From: Ranitomeya imitator
Taxonomy: Eukaryota
Length of the DNA stretch: 64,000 bases
Direction: 5' to 3'
Assembly (NCBI RefSeq): GCF_032444005.1
Contig: NC_091283.1
Location: forward strand, 30,752,001-30,816,000
Both the position numbers and the translations under genes were made by a program. Below are positions 1 through 12,447 of the stretch, piece after piece; position 1 is the stretch's first letter; each line of letters opens with the position of its first letter. The notes beneath the pieces are model-generated. The model was not told the origin of the DNA, did no database searches, and saw only the letters and a list, made by a program, of their open reading frames with translations.

Positions 1-469
1 ACATAAATGATGTTACGCAGCAGCTTTCCAGACGTCTTAGGTCTCTTCCTCAGGCATGGGATAACAAAGTAACTGAAGAAACACAAATCTGTCCACAAAA
101 AGAGCAGAGCTATGGCATAATAAATGGGCACTGACATAAACAATGAAACTGAGCTAAGAGAATGATGTATCCGAGGGCGCTGAACTTCGGAGCATGATGT
201 TTCTTAAATTAGGAGGTTGCTTGTAGCAGAGGAGGGTTTGGACATCTTTAGCAGTTTTTTCTGGATGCTGCAGAATGTAAAAATTCTGGTTCCCGAAGGT
301 GGAAAATGAGCAAATTGTAACGTGTGTGCGGAGGGGGGTCTGTGGTAACAAAAGCATTAGATGGCGATAGCCCAGCTGGTCTGTGGTAGTGAAAGCGTTA
401 AATGATGTCATCCCTGGCTATCTGGGGTTCTGAAATGGTTATATGGTGACAGCACTGGTGGCTTGAGTT

Positions 470-1700
470 GCTGAAAACATTTAAAAAACTAATTTTTAGT
501 GGCCTGAGGAGGTGAAAAGGGTTAAATATTGACGTTCCTGCTGGTCTGAGTGATGAATGTGATATCAACAAACCTGGTGATCTGCGGTATTGAAAGGGTT
601 TAATATCAACGTCCCTGGTGGTGAATAGATTAAACATAAACTTCCATGGTTGTCTGGGGTGGTGAATAGATTAAATGTCAACGACCCTGGTGGTCTGGGG
701 TGGTGAAGGAGGTTAAATATTGATGTCCCTCGTGGACTAGGGTAGTGAAAAGGATAAATATCAACGTCCCTGGTGGTTAAATATTCATGTTCCTGGTGGT
801 CTGGGGTGGTGAAAGAGGTTAAATATCAACGTCCCCCTTGATCTGGGGTGGTGAAAGAATTAAATACTGATGTTGCTAGTGGTCTGGAGTGGTGAAAAAA
901 AGGTTAAATATCGACTTCTCTGGTGGTCTGGGGTGGTCAAAGAGGTTCAATATCAATGTAACTTGTGGTCTGGGTTGGTGATAGAAGTTAAAGGTCTTGA
1001 AAAGCTTAAATATCAATGTCCCTGGTGGTCTGAGGTGTAAAAGGTTAAATATCAATGTCCCTGGTGGTCTGGGGTGGTGAATGAGGTTAAATATCAAAGT
1101 CCCTGGTGGTCTGGGGAATTGAAAAAGTTAAATATCCATGTTTCTGGTGGTCTGAGGTATTGCAAAGCTTAAATATTGATGCTCCTGGTGATCTAAGGTG
1201 GTGAAAAGGGTTAAATATTAATGTCCCTGGTGGTCTGGGGAGTTGAAAGCGATTAAATATCAACGTCCCTGGTGGTCTGGGGCCGTGAAAAGGTTAACTA
1301 CTGACATCCCTGGTGGTCTGGGGTAGTGAAATATTGGCTTCTCTGGTGGTCTGGCATGGTGAAAGAAGTTAAATATCTATCCCTGGTGGTCTGAGGTGGT
1401 GAATAGTTTAAATATTGATTGCCCTAGTGGTCTGGGGTGGTGAAAAAGGTTAAATATCAACCTCCTTGGTGGTCTGGGGTCGTAAAATGGGTTATATATT
1501 GATGTACCTAATGCTCTGGGTATGTGTAGGAGGTTAGATATCAACATCCCTAGTGGTCTGGGGTGGTGAATGAGGTTAAATACAGTTGTCCTGGTGATCT
1601 GGGGTGGAGAAAAGGATAAATAACAAGCTCCCTGGTAGTGAAAGAGGTTGAATCCAGCCTTCCCGGGTGGTCTGAGGTGGTGGAGCGGTTATATGGTGAC
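470..1700. repeat. Diverged ~42-bp minisatellite (GGTTAAATATCAAYGTCCCTGGTGGTCTGGGGTGGTGAAAA-like)
   Basis: Motif GGTTAAATATC...CTGGTGGTCTG recurs about every 41-43 nt; boundaries approximate. Confidence 0.85.
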
Positions 1701-1739
1701 TGCCCCTAGGTTACATGTACAGACCTGTCACTACCCGTC

Positions 1740-2145
1740 TGGCATCTCCCGCCCTCAGTTTTCCCTCATCCTCCTCCATTACGACCTCCCGGTGTTTCCC
1801 GCCTTTCCTCATCTCAGCGCTCGCCCTGCAGCATCACGTGGCTGCCTCGCGTTTTCCTCACTGACTAGGTTTGGACATCATTGACTTCCGTAGTTCTCCC
1901 CCCACCGGCGTCTCCGGGTTTCCTAGCAACGCTCTGGATCACTGCCGGTGCCCCATGACTGGGCGGCGACACAGAAGGATCCTGCGCTGCATGAGCTGCC
2001 GCCCGTCACACTGCCTGCCTGCCTGTCTGCCCGCCCGTCTGCCCGTCTGCCTGCCCGCCTGCCCGCCTGCCCGCCTGCCTGCCTGCCTGCCTGCCTGCCA
2101 TGGGGAGTGCGCCGCCTGCTGTCCTGAGGGCCTAGGGGTCAGTAA
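1740..2145 (+). promoter_or_regulatory. Candidate CpG-rich promoter / non-coding first exon (possibly of ZNF gene 1)
   Basis: GC box CTCCCGCCC (1746), E-box CACGTG (1835), ETS-like GACTTCCG (1883), RFX X-box GTTTCCTAGCAAC (1918-1930), a (GCCT)n tract, and a possible donor GG|GTCAGT at 2138. Which gene it drives is inference. Confidence 0.4.
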
Positions 2146-2475
2146 CGTCCTGCAGCTGTTAGCACATTGGACATTCATTATTCATGTCATTCATTGAGTC
2201 GGTGACCGGCGACCAGTGTGACTGCGTCGTGTGACGGGGACTCGTTCTTCCAGATTTTGTATGGCTGAATTCACATCAGGCGCAGTTTTACGCCACGGAG
2301 AAATCTACAAAACCACCGCAAGTCCGCGTCAGATGTGTCACAGTGCGAAATGTCCAGGACGGGGACATTATTACAGAAGGGGCCAGGAAGGGGGACATTA
2401 TTACAGAAAGGGCCAGGAAGGGGGACATTATTACAGGACGGAGACATTATTACAGAAAGGGCCAGGACGGGGACA

Positions 2476-3942
2476 TTATTATTATTATACATTTTATTAT
2501 TATTATACATTTTTATAGCGCCATTTATTCCATGGCGCTTTACATGTGAATACGGGGCAAATATAGACAAATACATTAAACATGAGCAGATAACAAGGCA
2601 CACGAGTACATAAGGAGGGAGGACCCTGCCCACGAGGGCTCACAGTCTGCAGGGGGTGGGTGAGGATACACTAGGAGAGGGAAGAGCTGGCTGTGCGGCT
2701 GTTCAGTAGGTTGAGGATCACTGCAGGCTGTAGGCTTGTCGGAAGAGATGAGTCTTCAGGTTCTTTTTGAAGGTTTCTATGGTAGGCGCAAGTCTGATGT
2801 GTTGGGGGTAGAGAGTTCCAGAGTATGGGGGAAGCACGGGAGAAGTCTTGGATGCGGTTATGGGAAGAAGAGATGAGAGGGGAGTAGAGAAGGAGGTCTT
2901 GGGAGGATCGGAGGTTGCGTGTAGGTAGGTACCGGGAGACCATGTCACAGATGTATGGAGGAGACAGGTTGTGGATGGCTTTGTATGTCAGTGTGAGGGT
3001 TTTGAACTGGAGTCTCTGGGCGATAGGAAGCCAGTGAAGGGCTTGACACAGGGGAGAGGCTGGGGAATAGCGGGGGGACAGGTGGATTAGTCGGGCAGCA
3101 GAGTGTAGGATGGATTGGAGTGGTGCCAGAGTGCTAGAGGGGAGTCCAGAGAGTAGGAGGTTGCAGTAGTCGAGGCGGGAGATGATAAGGGCATGCACTA
3201 GCGTTTTTGCAGTGTTGCGGTCAAGGAAAGCACGGATCCGGGAAATATTTTTGAGTTTGAGACGACAGGAGGAGGCAAGGGCTTGGATATGTGGCTTGAA
3301 AGAGAGGGCAGAGTCGAGGATCACCCCGAGACACCGGGCGTGTGGGACTGGGGATAGTGAGCAGCCATTGACATTGATGGATAGGTCTGGTGGAGGGGTA
3401 GAGTGAGATGGGGGAAAGATGATGAATTCTGTTTTGTCCATGTTCAGTTGTAGAAAGCGAGCAGAAAAGAAGGCTGAAATGGCAGACAGACAGTGCGGGA
3501 TTTTGGTAAGCAAGGAGGAGAGGTCAGGTCCGGAGAGGTAGATCTGCGTGTCGTCAGCGTAGAGATGGTACTGCATACCGTGGGATTCTATGAGCTGTCC
3601 CAGGCCGAAAGTGTAGATGGAGAAGAGTAGGGGTCCTAGAACAGAGCCTTGAGGAACACCGACTGACAAGGGGCGAAGTGAGGAGGTGGTGTGGGGGAGG
3701 GAGACACTGAATGTTCGGTCTGTCAGATATGACGAGATCCAGGAAAGGGCCAAGTCTGTGATGCCAAGGGATGAGAGGATTTGTAGCAAAAGGGAGTGGT
3801 CTACAGTGTCAAAGGCAGAAGACAAGTCCAGGAGAAGGAGGACAGAGTAGTGTCGCTTGCTCCTGGCAGTTAGTAGGTCATTGGTGACTTTAGTTAGGGC
3901 AGTTTCAGTTGAGTGATGGGAACGGAAGCCTGATTGTAACCG
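2476..3942 (-). mobile_element. 5'-truncated L2-clade LINE; RT domain and C-terminus of ORF2 with one frameshift
   Basis: Minus ORF has [37 protein letters not shown] and YADD RT motifs. The usual C-terminus (...[15 protein letters not shown]) continues in another frame (2718-2948). (AAT)n tail at ~2476-2510. Confidence 0.93.
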
Positions 3943-4427
3943 ATTATTACAGGACGGGGACATTATTACAGAAAGGACCAGGAAGGGGAACATTATTACA
4001 GGACGGAGACATTATTACAGATAGGGCCAGGACGGGGACATTATTACAGGACGGGGACATTATTACAGAAAGGACCAGGAAGGGGGACATTATTACAGGA
4101 CGGAGACATTATTACAGAAAGGGCCAGGACGGGGACATTATTACAGGACAGGGACATTATTACAGAAAGGACCAGGAAGGGGGACATTATTACAGGACGG
4201 AGACATTATTACAGAAGGGGCCAGGACAGGGACATTATTACAGAAAGGGCCAGGAAGGGGGACATTATTACAGAAGGGGCCAGGAAGGGGGACATTATTA
4301 CAGGACGGGGACATTATTACAGGAGGGGCCAGGACAGGGACATTATTACAGAAAGGGCCAGGAAGGGGGACATTATTACAGGATGGGGACATTATTACAG
4401 AAAGGGCCAGGACGGGGACATTATTAC

Positions 4428-5510
4428 AGAAAGCATTTCAAAAACTTCGTTTTTCAAGTTTGTATGTTCTAGCGCTGCAGTGTGCTGCCTTATTTACTTA
4501 ACTATATACGAGTTGGCGACTCTAGGTTCAGCACCTGTTCACACTGAGTCTATGTATGGATGTGCCGGTCAGGTTTTTGAAATGTATTCTCTAGCCTTCT
4601 GATCGTGCACTCCGCCTCCTAGCTTCAGGTGTTTAATTACAGCAGGTCCAATACCCCTCCACAGAGAGAGAGAATTTTAGTCTAGGAAGAGGTTTCACAT
4701 GTACCCATTCAGATGGAGACGTTTATTCTCAGCGAGGTAAGGCAAGTGTAGGACCTGGTATAAGAGAGATGCCGTAAAGGGGCTATCAGGTACACATAAA
4801 ATTGGCCATTTTTATGCGCTAAAAGCTCTCATTTTTCATATTTCTAGTGCAGTAATGCAGTTCAAATTTAGTTTTTCAAGTTTGTATGTTCTAGCGCTGC
4901 AGTGTGCTGCCTTATTTACTTAATTATTACAGAAAGGACCAGGAAGGGGGACATTATTACAGGACGGGGACATTATTACAGAAGGGGCCAGGACAGGGAC
5001 ATTATTACAGAAAGCATTTCAAAAACTTCGTTTTTCAAGTTTGTATGTTCTAGCGCTGCAGTGTGCTGCCTTATTTACTTAACTATATACGAGTTGGCGA
5101 CTCTAGGTTCAGCACCTGTTCACACTGAGTCTATGTTTGGATGTGCAGGTCAGGTTTTTGAAATGTATTCTCTAGCCTTCTGATCGTGCACTCCCTGCCT
5201 CCTAGCTTCAGGTGTTTTAATTATAGTAGGTCCAATACCCCTCCACAGAGAGAGAGAATTTTAGTCTAGGAAGAGGTTTCACATGTACCCATTCAGATGG
5301 AGACGTTTATTCTCAGCGAGGTAAGGCAAGTGTAGGACCTGGTATAAGAGAGATGCCGTAAAGGGGCTACCAGGTACACATAAAATTGGCCATTTTTATG
5401 CGCTAAAAGCTCTCATTTTTCATATTTCTAGTGCAGTAATGCAGTTCAAATTTAGTTTTTCAAGTTTGTATGTTCTAGCGCTGCAGTGTGCTGCCTTATT
5501 TACTTAATTA
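4428..5510. repeat. Tandem duplication of a ~584-bp unit; each copy is bounded by a ~52-bp direct repeat
   Basis: AAAGCATTTCAAAAACTTCG... occurs at ~4430 and ~5011. TTTTTCAAGTTTGTATGTTCTAGCGCTGCAGTGTGCTGCCTTATTTACTTAA occurs four times. ORFs starting at 4902 and 5486 are offset by 584. Confidence 0.85.
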
Positions 5511-7769
5511 TTACAGAAAGGACCAGGAAGGGGGACATTATTACAGGACGGGGACATTATTACAGAAGGGGCCAGGACAGGGACATTATTACAGAAAGGG
5601 CCAGGAAGGGGGACATTATTACAGAAGGGGCCAGGAAGGGGGACATTATTACAGGACGGGGACATTATTACAGAAGGGCCAGGAAGGGGGACATTATTAC
5701 AGGACGGGGACATTATTACAGAAGGGGCTAGGACAGGGACATTATTACAGAAAGGGCCAGGAAGGGGGACATTATTACAGGACGGGGACATTATTACAGA
5801 AGGGGCCAGGACAGGGACATTATTACAGAAAGGGCCAGGAAGGGGGACATTATTACAGGATGGGGACATTATTACAGAAAGGGCCAGGACGGGGACATTA
5901 TTACAGAAAGGTCCAGGAAGGGGGACATTATTACAGGATGGGGACATTATTACAGAAGGGGTCAGGACAGGGACATTATTACAGAAAGGGCCAGGGAGGG
6001 GGACATTATTACAGGATGGGGACATTACAGAAAGGGCCAGGACGGGGACATTATTACAGAAGGGGCCAGGAAGGGGGACATTATTACAGAGGGGGCCAGG
6101 ACGGGGGACATTATTACAGGACAGGAACATTATTACAGAAAGGAACCAGGATGGGGGACATTATTACAGGACGGGAACATTATTACAGAAAGGGGCCAGG
6201 ACGGGGGACATTATTACAGGAAACGGCCAGGACAGGGGCATTATTACAGCAAGGGGCCAGGACGGGGACATTATTACAAAAAGGGGCCAGGATGGGGGGA
6301 ACATTTTTACAGAAAGGGGCCAGGACGGGGACATTATTACAGGAAAGAGCCAGGATGGGGACATTATTACAGAAAGGGCCAGGATGGGGACATTATTACA
6401 GAAAGGGCCAGGACGGGGACATTATTACAGAAAGGGACCAGGACGGGGACATTATTACAGAAAGGGACCAGGATGGGGGGGACATTATTACAGAAAGGGA
6501 CCAGGATGGGGGGACATTATTACAGAAAGGGGCCAGGACAGGGACATTATTACATCAAGGAGCCAGGACGGGGACATTATTACAGAAAGGGGCCAGGACG
6601 GGGACATTACTGCAGAAAGGGGCCAGGATGGAAGGAACATTATTACAGAAAGGGGCCAGGACGGGGACATTATTACAGAAAGGGGCCAGGACAGGGACAT
6701 TATTACAGCAAGGGGACATTACTGCAGTAAGGGTCCAGGACGGGGACATTACTGCAGAAAGGGGCCAGGATGGAAGGAACATTATTACAGAAAGGGGCCA
6801 GGATGGGGACATTATTACAGGAAAGGGCCAGGACAGGGACATTATTACAGCAAGGGGCCAGGACGGGAACATTATTACAGAAGGGGCCAGGACAGGGACA
6901 TTATTACATAAGGGGCCAGTATGGGGGGGACATTATTACAGCAAGGGGCCAGGACGGGGACATTACTGCAGAAAGGGGCCAGGATGGAAGGAACATTATT
7001 ACAGAAAGGGGCCAGGACGGGGACATTATTACAGGAAAGGGCCAGGACAGGGGCATTATTACAGCAAGGGGCCAGGACGGGGACATTATTACAGAAGGGG
7101 CCAGGACGGGGACATTATTACAGAAGGGGCCAGGAAGGGGGACATTATTACAGAAGGGGCCAGGAAGGGGACATTATTACAGGAAAGAGCCGGGTTTCCG
7201 TGAGTCTGTAGACTACAATGTGGTGGACCTCGGCAAGGTCCATCTCTGTAAGTAAGTGTGATGGTGTGATGATGGACCTCGTCGACGTCTTGCTGTTTTG
7301 TATGAGCTCTGCAGCCGAGGACTCGCACAGGACTGCCACATTCATTAAGACCAGGAGCATTGTAGCTGACTGTCCTATGAGGGGCCGGTGCCTCCGCCGT
7401 CGGGTCCGCTCATGTAGCGATCTACAGGCTTACCATGTTGTCTTTGTATTTAGTGTACTAGCTGAAGAGCCTGGCGTTGCCTGGGCATAGTAAATATCTG
7501 TGGCTAGTTATAGCACCTCACTTTTCTTATTTTCCCATCACGCCTCTCATTTTCCCAATCACATCTTTCATTTTCCCCCTCACATCTCTCATTTTCTCCC
7601 TCACTCCTCTCATTCCGCGCTAACACTTGTCATTTCGACCTCACATCTGTCATTTTCCGATCACTCCACTATTTTCCCTCACTCCTCTCATTTTGCACTC
7701 ACACCTTTTCATTTTCACCTCACACCTCTCATTTTCACCTCAGTATATACATGTTTGTCATCTCCCTTA

Positions 7770-8273
7770 TATATAGTATACATCTGTATGTCATCTCCTG
7801 TATATAGTATATACCTGTATGTCATCTCCCCTGTATATAGTATATACCTGCTGTGTGTCATCTCCCCTATATATAGTATATACCTGAATGTCATCTCCTT
7901 CTATATATAGTATATACCTGTGTGTCATCTCCCCTGTATATAGTATATATCTGTGTGTAATCTCCTCCTGTATATAGTATATACCTGCATGTCATCTTCT
8001 ATATATAGCATATACCTGTATGTCATCTCCTCCTGTATATGGTATATACCTGTAGGTCATCTGCTCCAGTATATAGTATATACCTGTGTGTCATCTCCTC
8101 CTCTATATAGTATATACCTGTATGTCATCTCCTCCTGTATATATATGTACCTGTATGTCATCTCCTCCTCTATATAGTATATACCTGTGTGTCATCTCTC
8201 CTGTATATAGTATATATCTGTGTGTCATCTCTCCTGTATATAGTATATATCTGTGTGTCATCTCCCCTGTATA
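7770..8273. repeat. ~32-bp minisatellite TCATCTCC(T/C)CTGTATATAGTATATACCTGTG inside the outer Helitron
   Basis: Tandem copies are directly visible and resume in register at 11045. Confidence 0.9.
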
Positions 8274-11044
8274 TCTATAATATAACGCTGGGAGCGTCAC
8301 TCTGTCCGAAGCCTTTATAGACTGCGCAGGCGCAAGCGCCGGCGCAGTCTGGGCCTCACAGAGTGACGCTCCCGGGAGATCGCGGTATTCGTTCACACTG
8401 AACGCTCACCGCGATCTCCAACAGAGAAGAAGGGACCGCCAGGAGGGTGAGTATCGGCCATATTCACCTGTCCCCGTTCCACCGCTGAGAGCCGCCATCT
8501 TCCCGGTCTTCGGCCTGTGACCTTCAGTTCAGAGGGCGCGATGACGCGCTTAATGCGCGCCGGCGCCGCCCTCTGAGTGAACAGTCACAGCCAGGAGACC
8601 GGGAAGATGGCGGCGCCCAGCGGTGGAACGGGACAGACAGGTGAGTATAGGAAGTGCTGGGGGGCCTGAGCTGGCGGCGATACCGGCACCTGACCCCCAC
8701 AGCGCGCCGGTGTCCCCGCCTGCTCAGGCCCCCGGATGGGTGCAGCACATGACAGGATGGGGACGCAGGATGGTTGCAGCACATACCAGGATGGGGACGC
8801 AGGATGATTGCAGCACATACCAGGATGGGGACGCAGGATGGGTGCAGCACATACCAGGATGGGGACGCAGGATGGTTGCAGCACATACCAGGATGGGGAC
8901 GCAGGATGGGTGCAGCACATACCAGGATGGGGACGCAGGATGGGTGCAGCACATACCAGGATGGGGACGCAGGATGATTGCAGCACATACCAGGATGGGG
9001 ACGCAGGATGGGTGCAGCACATACCAGGATGGGGACGCAGGATGGGTGCAGCACATGACAGGATGGGGACGCAGGATGGGGACGCAGGATGGGTGCAGCA
9101 CATACCAGGATGGGGACGCAGGATGGGTGCAGCACATGACAGGATGGGGACGCAGGATGGGTGCAGCCCATGACAGGATGGGGACGCAGGATGGTTGCAG
9201 CACATACCAGGATGGGGACGCAGGATGATTGCAGCACATACCAGGATGGGGACGCAGGATGATTGCAGCACATACCAGGATGGGGACGCAGGATGGGTGC
9301 AGCACATACCAGGATGGGGACGCAGGATGGGTGCAGCACATACCAGGATGGGGACGCAGGATGGGTGCAGCACATACCAGGATGGGGACGCAGGATGATT
9401 GCAGCACATACCAGGATGGGGACGCAGGATGGGGACGCAGGATGGGTGCAGCACATACCAGGATGGGGACGCAGGATGGGTGCAGCACATGACAGGATGG
9501 GGACGCAGGATGGGTGCAGCACATGACAGGATGGGGACGCAGGATGGTTGCAGCACATACCAGGATGGGGACGCAGGATGATTGCAGCACATACCAGGAT
9601 GGGGACGCAGGATGATTGCAGCACATACCAGGATTGGGACGCAGGATGGGTGCAGCACATACCAGGATGGGGACGCAGGATGGGTGCAGCACATAACAGG
9701 ATGGGGACGCAGGATGGGGACGCAGGATGGGTGCAGCACATACCAGGATGGGGACGCAGGATGGGTGCAGCACATGACAGGATGGGGACGCAGGATGGTT
9801 GCAGCACATACCAGGATGGGGACGCAGGATGGTTGCAGCACATACCAGGATGGGGACGCAGGATGATTGCAGCACATACCAGGATGGGGACGCAGGATGG
9901 GTGCAGCACATACCAGGATAGGGACGCAGGATGGGTGCAGCACATGACAGGATGGGGACGCAGGATGGGTGCAGCACATACCAGGATGGGGACGCAGGAT
10001 GGGTGCAGCACATACCAGGATGGGGACGCAGGGTGGGTGCAGCACATGACAGGATGGGGACGCAGGATGGGTGCAGCACATACCAAGATGGGGACGCAGG
10101 ATGGGTGCAGCACATGACAGGATGGGGACGCAGGATGGGTGCAGCACATACCAGAATGGGGACGCAGGATGGGTGCAGCACATGACAGGATGGGGACGCA
10201 GGATGGGGACGCAGGATGGGTGCAGCACATGGCAGGATGGGTGCAGCACCTGACTGGATGGGGCCGCAGGATGAGTGCAGCACATGACAGGATGGGGACG
10301 CAGGATGGGTGCAGCACATACCAGGATGGGGACACAGGATGGGTGCAGCACATGACAGGATGGGGGCGCAGGATGGGTGCAGTACATGACAGGATGGGGA
10401 CGCAGGATGGGTGCAGCACATGACAGGATGGGGACGCAGGATGGGTGCAGCACATGACAGGATGGGGGCGCAGGATGGGTGCAGCACATGACAGGATGGG
10501 GGCGCAGGATGGGTGCAGCACATGACAGGATGGGGGCGCAGGATGGGTGCAGCACATGACAGGATGGGGGCGCAGGATGGGTGCAGCACATGACAGGATG
10601 GGGATGCAGGATGGGGACGCAGGATGGGTGCAGCACATGACAGGATGGGGACGCAGGATGGGTGCAGCACATGATAGGATGGGGGCGCAGGATGGGTGCA
10701 GCACATGACAGGATGGGGACGCAGGATGGGTGCAGTACATGACAGGATGGGGGCGCAGGATGGGTGCAGCACATGACAGGATGGGGGCGCAGGATGGGTG
10801 CAGCACATGACAGGATGGGGACGCAGGATGGGTGCAGCACATGACAGGATGGGGACGCAGGATGGGTGCAGCACATGACAGGATGGGGACGCAGGATGGA
10901 GCAGCACATGACAGGATGGGGACGCAGGATGGGTGCAGCACATGACAGGATGGGGACGCAGGATGGAGCAGCACATACCAGGATGGAGACCATATACCAA
11001 TATAAATGCTCGCCACCCGGGCGTAGAACGGGTTCAATAGCTAG
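8274..11044 (+). mobile_element. Non-autonomous Helitron (inner, nested in opposite orientation)
   Basis: Starts A|TCTATAATATAACG. Ends with hairpin ACCCG-GGCGTAGAA-CGGGT then CTAG|T. Removing it restores the host minisatellite unit CTGTATA|TAGTATATACCTG exactly, with no TSD. Confidence 0.88.
8735..10985. repeat. 34-bp minisatellite GGATGGGTGCAGCACAT(GA/AC)CAGGATGGGGACGCA (~2.2 kb)
   Basis: Homogeneous tandem array inside the inner Helitron; source of the 750-840-aa CCTHPASP ORFs. Confidence 0.97.
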
Positions 11045-11979
11045 TAGTATATACCTGTGTGTCATCTCCTCCTGTATTAGACCTTGTTCACACGTTATTT
11101 GCTCAGTATTTTTACCTCAGTATTTGTAAGCTAAATTGGCAGCCTGATAAATCCCCAGCCAACAGGAAGCCCTCCCCCTGGCAGTATATATTAGCTCACA
11201 CATACACATAATAGACAGGTCATGTGACTGACAGCTGCCGTATTTCCTATATGGTACATTTGTTGTAGTTTGTCTGCTTATTAATCAGATTTTTATTTTT
11301 GAAGGATAATACCAGACTTGTGTGTGTTTTAGGGCGAGTTTCGTTTGTCAAGTTGTGTGTGTTGAGTTGCGTGTGGCGACATGCATGTAGCGACTTTTGT
11401 GAGATGAGTTTTGTGTGGCAACATGCGTGTAGCAACTTTTTGTGTGTCGAGTTGCATGTGACAGGTTAGTGTAGCAAGTTGTGGCAGCAAGTTTTGCGCA
11501 TGGCGAGTTTTGCGCGTGGCGAGTTTTATGTGTGGTGCCTTTTGAGTATGTGCAAGTTTTGTGTGAGGCAACTTTTGCATGTGTTGCAACTTTTGTGCAT
11601 GTGGCAATTTTTCTGCGTGTGCAAGTTTTGCGTGTGGCGAGTTTTCCATGAGGTGAGTTTTGCACTTGTGGCGAGTTTTGCAAGAGCCTGGTTTTTGCAT
11701 GTGGCAAGTTCTGCGCGTGGCGAGTTTTGAGTGGCGACTTTTGTGTTTCGACTTTTATGTGGCGAGGTTGGTGTATTTGTGGTGAAATGTGTGCTGAGGG
11801 TAATATGTGTTCAAGCACGTGGTAGTGTGTGGCGCATTTTGTGTGTGTGTTCATATCCCCGTGTGTGGTGAGTATCTCATGTCGGGGCCCCACCTTAGCA
11901 ACTGTACGGTATATACTCTTTAGCGCCATCGCTCTCACTCTTTAAGTCCCCCTTGTTCACATCTGGCAGCTGTCAATTT

Positions 11980-12310
11980 GCCTCCAACACTTTTCCTTTC
12001 ATTTTTTCCCATTATGTAGATAGGGGCAAAATTGTTTGGTGAATTGGAAAGCGTGGGGTTAAAATTTCACCTCACAACATAGCCTATGACGCTCTCGGGG
12101 TCCAGACGTGTGACTGTGCAAAATTTTGTGGCTGTAGCTGCGACGCCTCCAACACTTTTCCTTTCACTTTTTTCCCCATTATGTAGATAGGGGCAAAATT
12201 GTTTGGTGAATTGGAACGCGCGGGGTTAAAATTTCGCCTCACAACATAGCCTATGACGCTCTCGGGGTCCAGACGTGTGACTGTGCAAAATTTTGTGGCT
12301 GTAGCTGCGA
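11980..12310. repeat. ~165-bp tandem duplication near the 5' end of the outer Helitron
   Basis: GCCTCCAACACTTTTCC...GTAGCTGCGAC appears at 11980 and 12145. Confidence 0.9.
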
Positions 12311-12447
12311 CGGTGCAGATGCCAATCCCGGACATACACACACACATTCAGCTTTATATATTAGATATCAGTATCTGATTCTCTTTTTTTCTCTCCAGGT
12401 TCCTGGGATCTTTCTCCACTTGATCATCTCTTACTGACCAATCGAAG

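Larger units (their letters stand above)
2352..7190. repeat. GGACATTATTACA-core minisatellite (units ~20-31 bp), interrupted by an L2 insertion and a duplicated unique block
   Basis: GGACATTATTACAG(A/G)... recurs at 2352-2480, 3943-4430, 4925-5010 and 5505-7190. It explains the repetitive GHYYR/GTLLQ/GDIIT ORFs. Confidence 0.95.
7458..12365 (-). mobile_element. Non-autonomous Helitron (outer)
   Basis: On the minus strand it starts A|TCTAATATATAAAGCTG at 12365 and ends GCCCAGGCAACGCCAGGCTCTTCAG-CTAG|T at 7458. Inserted between A and T with no TSD. Confidence 0.85.

Noticed and set aside
5488-7203. 571-aa GHYYR/GTLLQ repeat ORF
   Set aside because: Minisatellite translation.
2352-10985. CRISPR-like appearance of regular repeats
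   Set aside because: No unique spacers, no cas genes, eukaryotic context.
8524-11065. 750-840-aa Cys/His/Pro-rich ORFs that look metal-binding
   Set aside because: Produced by the 34-bp minisatellite; open in all three minus frames.
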